Source: an uncultured Gammaproteobacteria bacterium
Lineage (GTDB): Bacteria; Pseudomonadota; Gammaproteobacteria; JABDGN01
DNA: 64,000 bases
Direction: 5' to 3'
Assembly: GCA_963975985.1 (NCBI GenBank)
Contig: CAXBIY010000010.1
Location: 6,476 to 70,475 of the forward strand
Both the position numbers and the translations under genes were made by a program. The notes below the pieces were generated by a model that saw only the letters and a program-made list of their open reading frames with translations, ran no database searches and was not told where the DNA came from. Of this stretch, positions 38,237 to 49,561 are shown piece after piece. Each line of letters opens with the position of its first letter. The first letter of the stretch is position 1.

Positions 38237-40483
38237 TCAGACATCGACTTCCATGGCGCTGACGCGTTGGTAGCCACGTGGTAATTTGTTGCCGCGCTGG
38301 CCGCGTTGGCCGTGGTAGTGTTCTAAGTCTTTAAATTTCAAGGTCATGTGGCGCTGGCCTGAGTGGATGATGAGGTCTTGTTTATCGTGTAACACGGCGA
38401 CATCGACCACGAACTCTTCGCGCGTTTTGTATTTCGCGGTGGGGATATTCATGATTTTGTTGCCTTTGCCTTTGGCAAGCTCAGGCAGCTCTTTGACCGG
38501 GAACACTAATAAACGACCGATGTTACTGACGGCAACAATGACATCTTTTTTCAGATTTTCAACAGGGCAAATAGTTAAGGCGTGACCTTCGTCTGGCACT
38601 TTGAGTGCTGACTTACCGCTTTTGTTTTTCGTGTACAGATCTTCAATCTTCGCGATGAAGCCATAACCTAAGTCAGAGGCGACTAATACTTTATTTTCCA
38701 TTGGGCCGATGATTAAGCCATCGAATTGGCCAGTGGTAGATTTCACTTTACTGCTTAACGGATCGCCTAGACTACGTGCTGATGGCAAGGTATTGGCAAG
38801 CAATGAAAATGCACGGCCGGAGGAATCCATAAAGATCGCGGGCATATTGCTTTTGCCTTTGCAGGCGGCTTTAAATCCATCGCCGGATTTGTAATTTAAG
38901 GTTTTGGGGTCAAGCTCATGACCTTTGGCAGAACGAACCCAACCTTTTTGCGATAATACAACTGTGACAGGTTCGGCAGGTGTTAATTCTGACACATCAA
39001 TAGCGGCTGATTCTTCACGTTTGACTAAGGGTGAGCGACGTTTGTCACCAAATTCATCAACCGCTTCTTTGATTTCTTTTTTGATCAAAGTTTTCATACG
39101 CGCTTTTGAGGAAAGTGTTTTTTCAATGTCAGCTTTTTCTTTTTCTAGCTCATCTTGCTCGCCTTTGATTTTAAATTCTTCAAGTTTCGCTAAGTGACGT
39201 AATTTTAATTCTAAAATCGCTTCAGCTTGTTCATCGCTGAGCTTGAATTTCTTCATCAACTTTTCTTTAGGCTTTTCTTCTGTGCGGATGATGTGAATAA
39301 TTTCATCGATATTCAGATAAGCGATCATCAAGCCATCTAAAATATGTAAGCGCTTGGTGACTTTATCTAAGCGGAATTCTAAACGCTTTGTCACGGTAAT
39401 GGTTCTGAATTCCAACCATTCTTTTAATAATGGCAGCAAACCTTTGACTTGCGGACGACCGTCTAAGCCAATAATATTCATATTCACGCGATAACTGCGC
39501 TCTAAATCAGTGGTGGCGAATAAATGCAACATCATCGCTTCAACGTCGACACGATTGGAACGTGGCACAATCACTAAGCGCGTGGGGTTTTCATGATCTG
39601 ATTCATCGCGTAAATCTTCAACCATCGGTAATTTTTTCGCATTCATTTGTGCGGCGATTTGTTCGATGATTTTATTGCCCGACACTTGATAAGGTAATGC
39701 CGTGATAACGATATCGCCTTTTTCTTTTTGATATAGCGCGCGCATTTTCACTGAACCGTTACCAGTTTTATACACTTCCGTTAAATCGGCTTTAGGCGTA
39801 ATGATTTCGGCTTCGGTTGGAAAATCGGGTGCAGGCACAATTTTATTGATGTCGGCTAACGTCGCTTTCGGGTTTTCTAATAAATGAATGCAGGCGTTAC
39901 CGACTTCGGTTAAGTTATGCGGCAATAAATCGGTCGCCATACCGACTGCAATACCGGTTGAACCGTTCAATAATACATTCGGCAAGCGTGCAGGCAAGAC
40001 TTTCGGCTCATCCATGGTGCCATCAAAGTTAGGCTGCCATTCGACAGTGCCCAAGCCTAATTCAGACAATAACACTTGCGCATAATGCCCTAATCGCGCT
40101 TCGGTATAACGCATAGCGGCAAACGATTTCGGGTCATCCGCCGAACCCCAGTTACCTTGACCATCCACCAACGGATAGCGATACGAAAAATTCTGTGCCA
40201 TTAACACCATGGCTTCATAACAAGCAACATCACCATGCGGATGATATTTACCCAACACGTCACCAATCGTACGCGCCGATTTTTTATGCTTAGCCGTCCA
40301 ACGCAAACCTAACTCAGACATCGCATACACGATACGACGTTGCACAGGCTTCAAGCCATCACCAATATGCGGCAAAGCTCTGTCCAAAATCACATACATG
40401 GAATAATTCAAATACGCTTGTTCAGTAAACGCGTTTAACGATTGCTTTTCTACGTTATCAATATAGGCAAGATCGGCCATCAA
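38237..40483 (-). CDS. parC: DNA topoisomerase IV subunit A
   Basis: Close match to the ParC N-terminus ([38 protein letters not shown]). The protein is 748 aa. Confidence 0.95.
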   Translation of the reverse strand: MMADLAYIDNVEKQSLNAFTEQAYLNYSMYVILDRALPHIGDGLKPVQRRIVYAMSELGLRWTAKHKKSARTIGDVLGKYHPHGDVACYEAMVLMAQNFSYRYPLVDGQGNWGSADDPKSFAAMRYTEARLGHYAQVLLSELGLGTVEWQPNFDGTMDEPKVLPARLPNVLLNGSTGIAVGMATDLLPHNLTEVGNACIHLLENPKATLADINKIVPAPDFPTEAEIITPKADLTEVYKTGNGSVKMRALYQKEKGDIVITALPYQVSGNKIIEQIAAQMNAKKLPMVEDLRDESDHENPTRLVIVPRSNRVDVEAMMLHLFATTDLERSYRVNMNIIGLDGRPQVKGLLPLLKEWLEFRTITVTKRLEFRLDKVTKRLHILDGLMIAYLNIDEIIHIIRTEEKPKEKLMKKFKLSDEQAEAILELKLRHLAKLEEFKIKGEQDELEKEKADIEKTLSSKARMKTLIKKEIKEAVDEFGDKRRSPLVKREESAAIDVSELTPAEPVTVVLSQKGWVRSAKGHELDPKTLNYKSGDGFKAACKGKSNMPAIFMDSSGRAFSLLANTLPSARSLGDPLSSKVKSTTGQFDGLIIGPMENKVLVASDLGYGFIAKIEDLYTKNKSGKSALKVPDEGHALTICPVENLKKDVIVAVSNIGRLLVFPVKELPELAKGKGNKIMNIPTAKYKTREEFVVDVAVLHDKQDLIIHSGQRHMTLKFKDLEHYHGQRGQRGNKLPRGYQRVSAMEVDV

Positions 40484-40571
40484 AAATTTCCTTAACTGTT
40501 CATGGGCGGTAATATATCATATTAATTTTGCTTCGGATAATATTTGATATTTAGCTTCATAAACATCCATG

Positions 40572-41174
40572 CTACGATCTAATGAAACCTAGCAACTGAG
40601 CATAATCACCTTTATCTGCTGACCGAAGACTAGCAATATATAATTCTCGTGTTTGGGAAGCATTAACCAAGCTTTCTCGCCCCCAGGAAAACCTTGGTAG
40701 CGCGAGTACCTTTATTAATAACATATCGGTCGCTAATCGTGAATGCCGACCATTACCATTTACGAAAGGATGAATAGCCACGAACCGATGATGAAATCTA
40801 GCTGCAATTTCATCGAGCTCAAAACTTTCATGTTTAATTTGAAACCTGACATCATCTAATAATAGCTTTAATTGCGTTGGTATTTGTTGCCACTCAACAC
40901 CTATGTTTTTATTGCTTTTTCTAAACTGGCCTGCCCATTTCCAAGTGTCAGAAAACATTTTTTTATGTAATGTCTTCATGAATTTTTCTGTTAACAACAG
41001 TTCAAGCCGAATGATTCGCGATATCAACCATTGTTCAGCTTGTAATATATTGTCTTGCTCCCATTCATTTAACTGTGCTTGGATTGTCATATGCTGAGGA
41101 ATTAAGCCTTCAACCTCATCAGGATCAAGAGGGGTTGCACCGTCAGCATATTCAAAATTAATGTTCGCTACCAT
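40572..41174 (-). CDS. Fic-domain protein ('mobile mystery protein B' type)
   Basis: It has the Fic motif HPFVNGNGRHSR. The ATG at 41174 overlaps the upstream gene's stop (ATGGTAG); the alternative GTG start is at 41186. Confidence 0.8.
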   Translation of the reverse strand: MVANINFEYADGATPLDPDEVEGLIPQHMTIQAQLNEWEQDNILQAEQWLISRIIRLELLLTEKFMKTLHKKMFSDTWKWAGQFRKSNKNIGVEWQQIPTQLKLLLDDVRFQIKHESFELDEIAARFHHRFVAIHPFVNGNGRHSRLATDMLLIKVLALPRFSWGRESLVNASQTRELYIASLRSADKGDYAQLLGFIRS

Positions 41175-41611
41175 AAATGTTTCCACGGTTTATTCAACAG
41201 TTCGTGCTGCAGTGTTTCAATTTGTTCGTGCTGCCAATGAGTGCTCACACCTTGTTGCTCTAATGTCATCGAGTGACTGACTGTTGTCACTTGTTGTTTC
41301 GCTAACTGCTGCGCACGCTGTGTAATCGTTGTTTGTAATGACTGACGTGGTACGAAAGCATAGACCACATGACAATCTAGAGCATCTGCCACTTTTCGCA
41401 ATGACTTCAATGTCACACCACCATCCATTTCTGATGTTTCGAGTTTAACCACCCGCGAAGGATCAACGGCAAGATGTTTTGCTAATTGCTTTATTGTCAT
41501 ACCCAGCGCTTTGCGCAATGTCCTGATCCAACCTTGCTTGGGCATACTAAAGCCCTGCAAATCACCTAACTGCTGATCAAGTTGTTTTAATGCCATCCAT
41601 TCTTTACGCAT
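41168..41611 (-). CDS. HTH-domain partner of the Fic protein ('mobile mystery protein A' type)
   Basis: It has an XRE-like HTH (LRKALGMTIKQLAKHLAVDPSRVVKLE) and is translationally coupled to the Fic gene. Confidence 0.75.
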   Translation of the reverse strand: MRKEWMALKQLDQQLGDLQGFSMPKQGWIRTLRKALGMTIKQLAKHLAVDPSRVVKLETSEMDGGVTLKSLRKVADALDCHVVYAFVPRQSLQTTITQRAQQLAKQQVTTVSHSMTLEQQGVSTHWQHEQIETLQHELLNKPWKHLW

Positions 41612-41625
41612 CTAACTATCCTTTC

Positions 41626-41687
41626 ATAGGTAAAACTGTAATATATTGATTATATATAAATAGGTAATATTTTCAAGCTTTACCTAT
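41626..41687. promoter_or_regulatory. Candidate operator: three ATAGGTAA boxes upstream of the HTH/Fic pair
   Basis: ATAGGTAA occurs at 41626..41633 and 41660..41667. The inverted copy TTACCTAT lies at 41680..41687, after a 12-nt spacer. Confidence 0.3.
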
Positions 41688-41736
41688 ATAAACATAGTTG
41701 AATTTTAAATGATTAGCATTATGGCACCATTTTAAT

Positions 41737-41860
41737 CCCTTTCAGGAATAAATTTGACAATTTGATCAATGATAGTTTTAACAGGGAGAACGGCATCAAT
41801 ATGCTTGACTGCGTTACCGGCAAAAAATCACCTGCAGCCGTGGTTAAGTGGCACCTTTAT
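41737..41860 (-). pseudogene. Relic of the 3' end of a nitronate monooxygenase paralog
   Basis: The minus-strand translation FAGNAVKHIDAVLPVKTIIDQIVKFIPERD matches the C-terminus of the intact NMO (FAGESVEKIETILPAKTIIDQIVNYIPEEN). The nucleotide alignment to 43768..43870 is clear. The frame is broken at the A6 run (41822..41827). Confidence 0.7.
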
Positions 41861-41987
41861 TTCCCTTTCAGAAGTAAAGTGGCCCAATAGTCGTTAACTC
41901 GCTAGCTGCTAACTCACTAGAGCCCATACAATTTAATGATGCCATGGTTAAATTGCATGATATACCCAAAGCGTTAACTTAATCCTT

Positions 41988-42728
41988 TCATGAATGTTTC
42001 TTGTTATCTTTTGGTGCTTCAAAAGGAACGAAGGTGCTATCACCCATATAAACTTGATCGCCACCTTTGCGATTAACCCCAATGCTAGATAACCACCACG
42101 TCTTAAGCTTATGATGATGGATGTAACCTAAATAACTAACCGTGTTGGTTGTGAAACTAATAACATTATTATGCACAAAACCAATGGTGGGAATCACTTT
42201 ATTTTGTCGCGTGATAAGTGTTGCTTTAAACTCACCACTTTGTTGATTAATATTCGTAATTTGCATATGAGTGCCATACTGATTAACTAGTGCTGTTTTT
42301 AATAATGTTAGATTTTTAATATTGATACTTTTGGGATGAGTGTTTTTCTCAAACGTATGATTTTGCAACTGATAAATAATTAAGTTGCGCATGTATTGTA
42401 TGTAAGCTTTAGCTTGTGCTTTAAGGCTTTTATCCTGCGCTAACTTAGCAAGCGCTTCTATCGCCATGATACGCGTATCATCATCCGCATGATTTATTCC
42501 AAGCAAGAGCGCATAAGTATAGCGAACCATCACCGTGTTATTCGGGTCCATTGCCATCGCCAATAAATGTTCATGATGCTTCTCGAGCGCATCCTTATTA
42601 TCAAATTTTTCGACTGACAATTGCAATGGACCTAAACTAGCAGCTGACATTTTTGCAAAAGTTGCAGCTTGAGTACTTAGAATAAAAGAGAATAGGATGA
42701 CGCTGGCGATGAGTTGTAAAAATTTCAT
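41988..42728 (-). CDS. Hypothetical secreted protein
   Basis: The ATG at 42728 has an AAGGAAA SD, and the signal peptide is MKFLQLIASVILFSFILSTQA. The gene is divergent from the LysR gene. Confidence 0.6.
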   Translation of the reverse strand: MKFLQLIASVILFSFILSTQAATFAKMSAASLGPLQLSVEKFDNKDALEKHHEHLLAMAMDPNNTVMVRYTYALLLGINHADDDTRIMAIEALAKLAQDKSLKAQAKAYIQYMRNLIIYQLQNHTFEKNTHPKSINIKNLTLLKTALVNQYGTHMQITNINQQSGEFKATLITRQNKVIPTIGFVHNNVISFTTNTVSYLGYIHHHKLKTWWLSSIGVNRKGGDQVYMGDSTFVPFEAPKDNKKHS

Positions 42729-42836
42729 GGTAAGTTTCCTTTTGTAATTTGTGCTTGCAGCATAGCATGTTGTCAAAAATAGCATGATAGGGTAAAGTGC
42801 AACGTCAAGTTGCAATAAATGCAACACAAGGCAGGC

Positions 42837-43730
42837 ATGAATAAACAACTACAGATATTTCTCACCGTGGCACGTTTGCTTAACTTAAGTAAGGCTGCTG
42901 AATCATTAAAGATATCGACGTCACAAGTCAGTCGTAACTTGAGCCAGTTAGAAAAGCAGTTTAAACATACTTTGGTCCAGCGTAGCCCTCAAAAAGTGAG
43001 TTTAACGGAGTCAGGCAAAACGTTTTATGTTTACGCCTCTCAGATTGAAGAAACCTGGCTAGCCGCACAAGAGGAATTTCATGAAGAGTCTAGCGACATC
43101 ACAGGATTAATCAAACTGAGCTGTCCTCAAACGTTTGGCATGAAGCACGTTTTACCCAAAATCCAGGCGTTTGCAAAATCGAACCCACAGATTGATTTCA
43201 ATGTTGATATGAGCAGCTCTTTGCGTAATGTTGTGCTTGATGACTATGACATCATCATCCGAAGCGCCACCCAATTACCTGATTCAGACTTAAAAATGCG
43301 TAAAATGCTCTCTTATAAAATGGTGACTTGTGCTGCTCCCAGTTATTTAAAAAACCACAAAACACCCCAAATACCCGATGATTTAGCACAACATGACAAC
43401 ATCAGCAATATGGCTTATACCGAAGCCAACAATAAAAGCGTGTGGCAATTTTATGATAAAAATAACGCCTTACAAAAACTTAAGCTAACATCACGCTTTT
43501 GTGTAAGCAACTATGAGGCACAACTACAACTGGCCTTAGATGGCCTTGGGATTGCGCAATTGCCTAATCAGCTTATTGAGCAAGAGATAAAAAAAGGGAC
43601 TTTAGTGTCTATTCTTAATGCTTATCGAACGCCAGAATATGCTTTGTGGTTGCTGCACCCTTATCCCTATTCTGTACCTAAAAGAATACGCCTATTAATC
43701 GAGTATTTATGCGATAACCCTAGCCAATAG
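42837..43730 (+). CDS. LysR-family transcriptional regulator
   Basis: It has an N-terminal HTH (LQIFLTVARLLNLSKAAESLKISTSQVSRNLSQLE) and a LysR substrate-binding domain. Confidence 0.9.
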   Translation: MNKQLQIFLTVARLLNLSKAAESLKISTSQVSRNLSQLEKQFKHTLVQRSPQKVSLTESGKTFYVYASQIEETWLAAQEEFHEESSDITGLIKLSCPQTFGMKHVLPKIQAFAKSNPQIDFNVDMSSSLRNVVLDDYDIIIRSATQLPDSDLKMRKMLSYKMVTCAAPSYLKNHKTPQIPDDLAQHDNISNMAYTEANNKSVWQFYDKNNALQKLKLTSRFCVSNYEAQLQLALDGLGIAQLPNQLIEQEIKKGTLVSILNAYRTPEYALWLLHPYPYSVPKRIRLLIEYLCDNPSQ

Positions 43731-44682
43731 AATGACCAGAATTTTTGACTATATTATTCTCCTCAGGAATATAATTAACAATTTGATCTATGATCGTTTT
43801 GGCAGGAAGAATGGTTTCAATTTTCTCTACAGACTCGCCAGCAAAAACAGCCGTAATATCATAATCTTTGGTTTGCGCTGCTGCTTGGTAGGCTTCACGA
43901 TCTTGCTCGGTGATTATCGTGGAAGCTAAAAATTGCTCGAGGAAATTGTTTTTAATGGCATGGCCGGTGTAAGCGTTAGGCCAAACTGTGTTACGTAGTT
44001 TATCGATGGTGTCAGTGTAGGTTAAATCACTCGCCTTGGCATCAACGATTTTTTGTTTGGCAGCATCAACGCCTAATGCTTCCGTGCTGGCGTAAAAACG
44101 TGTGCCCATCATGATGCCGCTTGCGCCAGCCGCCAATGCGATTTGATAGCCTTGTGCGTCGGCGATGCCGCCAGCAGCGACAACGGGAACGGTGACTTGT
44201 TCAACCACGGCCTTCACTAATGTCATAGTCGATTCTGCTTGCGCTGCGCAATGGCCTCCCGCTTCACGACCTTGTGCAACGATGGCATCCGCACCTAATT
44301 TTTCTACTGCTATGGCTTCTTGCACATTTGTTATTTGGCAAATCACTTTGCTGCCAGCAGCTTTTACTTGTTTGATAAACGGTCCGGCATCACCAAACGA
44401 TAACATTACAGCTTTAGGATTCACCGCTAAGGCACAATCGAGTAGTTCAGGATGCTCCGCTAAATACCAATTAATAAAACCTACGCCAAATTCCGTATTC
44501 TCAACCAGGGCTAATTGCTGTTCTAACCATTCGGCAGAGCTATAACCCACACCAATAAAACCTAAACCACCTGCCTCGGTTACCGCTTTAGCTAACTCAC
44601 CGCCCGATACATTCGCCATGGGTGCTGAAAAAATGGGATATTGAATATCGAGCAATTGGCAAATGGGGTTATTATGAAACAT
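43720..44682 (-). CDS. Nitronate monooxygenase / NAD(P)H-dependent flavin oxidoreductase (NMO family)
   Basis: It has NMO motifs (PIFSAPMANVSGGELA, GREAGGH, AAGGIADAQG). Confidence 0.85.
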   Translation of the reverse strand: MFHNNPICQLLDIQYPIFSAPMANVSGGELAKAVTEAGGLGFIGVGYSSAEWLEQQLALVENTEFGVGFINWYLAEHPELLDCALAVNPKAVMLSFGDAGPFIKQVKAAGSKVICQITNVQEAIAVEKLGADAIVAQGREAGGHCAAQAESTMTLVKAVVEQVTVPVVAAGGIADAQGYQIALAAGASGIMMGTRFYASTEALGVDAAKQKIVDAKASDLTYTDTIDKLRNTVWPNAYTGHAIKNNFLEQFLASTIITEQDREAYQAAAQTKDYDITAVFAGESVEKIETILPAKTIIDQIVNYIPEENNIVKNSGHSIG

Positions 44683-44688
44683 GATTAT

Positions 44689-44988
44689 TTATTCCTGTAA
44701 ATACTTAGCAATATCGGGATGAACCATATGGCCATCAAAAGCAATAATCTCATATTTAATGCTACCCGTTTTATAGAAAGGATCGCCTTGGATAATGTCC
44801 TCAAATGCTTCTTTAGAATCAGCGCTAGCAATGTAGACGCCGCCTTCATGTGTATCTCTACGTCCACCATAAAATAAAACATCTTCGTCAATCAACTTTT
44901 GTAGGTAATCGACATGTTCATCCAAACATTCAGCATGAATTTCTTCAACCGGTCGCAAATACGTTGAATACATAATAAATAGTGACAT
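44689..44988 (-). CDS. YciI-family protein
   Basis: This 99-aa protein has a YCII-like pattern (HVDYL ... GG ... DPF). Confidence 0.7.
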   Translation of the reverse strand: MSLFIMYSTYLRPVEEIHAECLDEHVDYLQKLIDEDVLFYGGRRDTHEGGVYIASADSKEAFEDIIQGDPFYKTGSIKYEIIAFDGHMVHPDIAKYLQE

Positions 44989-45049
44989 ATCTTATCCCTA
45001 TATTAATCAGTGTTTATGCTAGAATAACACATAAATCTGGAGAGTCATC

Positions 45050-45385
45050 ATGTCATTAACTGAAAAAAAATGTGTGCCTTGCGAAGGCGGTGTGGGAAAG
45101 TTTGATGCGGCAAAAGTAAAAGAATTATTACAACAGTTGCATAGCGATTGGCAAGTTAATGCTGACAGCACTATCATTACCCGAAAATTTGAATTCAAAG
45201 GTTTTTATAAAACCATGGCATTCGTCAATGCCTTGGCGTGGATTGCCAACCAAGAAATGCATCACCCCGATTTTTCTGTCACTTATAACTCTTGCACCAT
45301 CAACTTCACGACCCACGCCATTAATGGCTTAAGTGAAAATGATTTTATTTGTGCCGCGAAAGTGGATGCACTATTAGCCAATTAA
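45050..45385 (+). CDS. phhB: 4a-hydroxytetrahydrobiopterin (pterin-4-alpha-carbinolamine) dehydratase
   Basis: It has the HHPD motif, the family-typical C-terminus and a length of 111 aa. Confidence 0.9.
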   Translation: MSLTEKKCVPCEGGVGKFDAAKVKELLQQLHSDWQVNADSTIITRKFEFKGFYKTMAFVNALAWIANQEMHHPDFSVTYNSCTINFTTHAINGLSENDFICAAKVDALLAN

Positions 45386-45400
45386 CAAAAAAGTGAGTTC

Positions 45401-45545
45401 TTCGTTTCTTCTCTGCGTGCCGTTGGCATGCTCTGGTTTCAAACTCTCAGCCGCAGGGATGCGGCTGCGAAGCGCACATGGACGTATTCACAGCGGGTTT
45501 GAAACCAGAGCATGCCATAAGAGCACATAAGCAGAAAAGAAACAG
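45401..45545. repeat. ~145-bp structured inverted-repeat (MITE-like or sRNA-like) element
   Basis: A perfect 20-bp inverted repeat joins GGCATGCTCTGGTTTCAAAC (45425..45444) to GTTTGAAACCAGAGCATGCC (45497..45516). There are imperfect outer arms and an internal hairpin CAGCCGC-AGGGAT-GCGGCTG. Confidence 0.75.
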
Positions 45546-45562
45546 CGCTGCAACGCAGCGCC
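45530..45562 (-). terminator. Rho-independent terminator of parE
   Basis: On the minus strand, the stem GCGCTGC-GTT-GCAGCGC is followed by TGTTTCTTTTCTGC. Confidence 0.6.
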
Positions 45563-45572
45563 CATTGCAACA

Positions 45573-47483
<1,911 letters not shown>

Positions 47484-47620
47484 CTATTGTGCCTCTAATA
47501 GCCACATGAAATCAACTACAGAAAGCTAACCATTTGATTTTTATACCCTATTAGCCATACAGTTTTTTGGCAGAATACTGTACATAAACTATACTTATAG
47601 AGTATGAACAAGGAAGTGTC

Positions 47621-48112
47621 ATGAACAGCTTAAAACAACAACAGGGAGTCGCGGTCATTATTGTCGTTCTGGCATTGTTGATTATGATTTCTGCGACAAT
47701 TACCGCATTTGTCCATACCAACCTCTTAGCACAGCGCAGCTATGTAAGTGAGCAACGTCACCAACAAGCTTTTTATGCCGCAACAGCCGGCATTAATTTT
47801 TCGAATCAATGGGCGCGAGATAATTACAGCGACGTAGGTGATGTTTTTTTAATTAGCGATATCTCGGCTGCTGATTTGGCAGCACTCAATACACAATTTC
47901 AAGCCGATGGTAATTTTGGCAGCATTATTTCGATTACTTACACCCCACTCACTGCGCAAGAAGATCCGACTTCACAATTATATCGCACCACTGTTGTAGG
48001 CGAAAGTGCCGACACAATTACACAACATACTGCTAGCGTATTAATCAATCGCAATCGCGCCAATGCCATTGCTATACCCAAACCTGTTCGATATAGCCGG
48101 AGTAATTTCTAA
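47621..48112 (+). CDS. pilX: PilX-like type IV pilus minor pilin/assembly protein
   Basis: It has a PilX_N-type hydrophobic N-terminus (QQGVAVIIVVLALLIMISATITAF ... AFYAATAG). Confidence 0.6.
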   Translation: MNSLKQQQGVAVIIVVLALLIMISATITAFVHTNLLAQRSYVSEQRHQQAFYAATAGINFSNQWARDNYSDVGDVFLISDISAADLAALNTQFQADGNFGSIISITYTPLTAQEDPTSQLYRTTVVGESADTITQHTASVLINRNRANAIAIPKPVRYSRSNF

Positions 48113-48543
48113 TGTTACGCAAACAACGTGGATTTAACATCATTGAAGTCATGGTCGCTATTTTTATTATTAGCGTTAGTTACGTGGCGTTTATGTCATT
48201 GCGTATTTATGTGATGAAATCTGCTGAATTAGTTGAACAAAAACATCATGCCTTACTTTATGCGGCTGACAAATTGGATGAATACATCATTATGTCAGCT
48301 GAACCAACACAATACGGCAATATTGTTGATAACAGCAGCTGGTATTTAACCAGCACGCGCACGACGAATGGCATGACTTATACCGCGACATCCACTATCG
48401 ATAATAACGTGACAGTAGGATCTGCTTACAAGCGTGCTATTGCCAACATTAGCTGGACCGATAGTGATGGCAATAATCATCAAGTTGGCTTATCAACCAT
48501 CGTGGCAGATATCTCCACTGAACATGGCGTCGATAATCGATAA
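48112..48543 (+). CDS. pilV: Type IV minor pilin PilV-like
   Basis: It has a prepilin leader and N-methylation site (MLRKQRG/FNIIEVMVAIFII). Its start overlaps the preceding stop (TAATG). Confidence 0.7.
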   Translation: MLRKQRGFNIIEVMVAIFIISVSYVAFMSLRIYVMKSAELVEQKHHALLYAADKLDEYIIMSAEPTQYGNIVDNSSWYLTSTRTTNGMTYTATSTIDNNVTVGSAYKRAIANISWTDSDGNNHQVGLSTIVADISTEHGVDNR

Positions 48544-48554
48544 AGGTGAGGACA

Positions 48555-49517
48555 ATGAATAAACAACGCGGTATTAGCTTAGTTGAATTAATGGTAGCCA
48601 TGTTATTGGGCCTATTAGTTATTCTTGTTGCTAGCAACATTTACATTAGCTTGAACGGCACCAATTTAAAGCTGAAGCAACAAACCTTTTTGCGTCAGCA
48701 GTTAAATAATTCGCTGTTCTTAATGGCACGTGACATGCGTCGAATATTTTATTGGGGAAAAGCATATGTTTTTCCATATCAAGGTGGTGAGATGGTAGCG
48801 ACTTACAATGGTGGCAACAACTACACGCTGTCCATTACCAATGGCCGGAATTTCTTTGATGTTACCAGCGGCCAACCCAGCTTTTATTTACACATGCGTA
48901 AAGCAGATAGCTCTGACATGTTGACGTATATTGACTCAGCTAGTGGTGCCACTGCTCAGGCTGATGTGATCTGGACAAACACATCACTAACAACATTTAA
49001 CGTAAAACGCTATCTGGTTTACAACCCTTTCCAACAGTTATATTTAAATGAAAACACTAATTGGTGGCGCTTATACATGACTTTTCCCTATGACCGCCAA
49101 ACCAACACTAGTTTTACCTGGGATAATGGCACATGGCCGTTATATGCTAACGATAGCGACTGCATGTTATTTACGTATGATAAAGATGCTGATGGTTTCT
49201 TAGATATTGAATCCGCTGCCAGCAATAATGATGAACGTATGGGTTATCGTTGGAACCAAACCACAGATGCTATCGACATGCGTGTTGGCGGAAATGATTT
49301 TAATTGCACACCGAGTGCTAGTAATTTTTGGGAGCCCGTTACTGACGATGCGATTGAAATTACGGATGTAAAATTTGATTTTACTGAATTGTCCCGTCGT
49401 GCAGGCATCATCTTTTCGGTACCGTATCACACGGTCACAGTGACCATTAGCGGTCGAATGGTGAAAGATCCCAGTGTGTCTTTGACGGTAACGCGGACAG
49501 TGCCGTTGTTACAATAA
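48555..49517 (+). CDS. pilW: Type IV minor pilin PilW-like
   Basis: It has a prepilin leader (MNKQRG/ISLVELMVAMLLGLLV). The ATG at 48555 follows an AGGTGAGG SD. Confidence 0.7.
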   Translation: MNKQRGISLVELMVAMLLGLLVILVASNIYISLNGTNLKLKQQTFLRQQLNNSLFLMARDMRRIFYWGKAYVFPYQGGEMVATYNGGNNYTLSITNGRNFFDVTSGQPSFYLHMRKADSSDMLTYIDSASGATAQADVIWTNTSLTTFNVKRYLVYNPFQQLYLNENTNWWRLYMTFPYDRQTNTSFTWDNGTWPLYANDSDCMLFTYDKDADGFLDIESAASNNDERMGYRWNQTTDAIDMRVGGNDFNCTPSASNFWEPVTDDAIEITDVKFDFTELSRRAGIIFSVPYHTVTVTISGRMVKDPSVSLTVTRTVPLLQ

Positions 49518-49524
49518 ATTAGAA

Positions 49525-49553
49525 CACCTTCTCTCGACAATCGGGAGAAGGTG
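49525..49553. repeat. Hairpin family 2, copy 3 (variant)
   Basis: The sequence is CACCTTCTCTCG ACAAT CGGGAGAAGGTG, located between the convergent pilW and barrel genes. Confidence 0.6.
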
Positions 49554-49561
49554 AATAAATC

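Noticed and set aside
45425-45516. GTTTGAAACC-containing repeats that superficially resemble CRISPR repeats.
   Set aside because: Only one inverted pair is present. There is no direct-repeat/spacer periodicity and no cas genes in the window.
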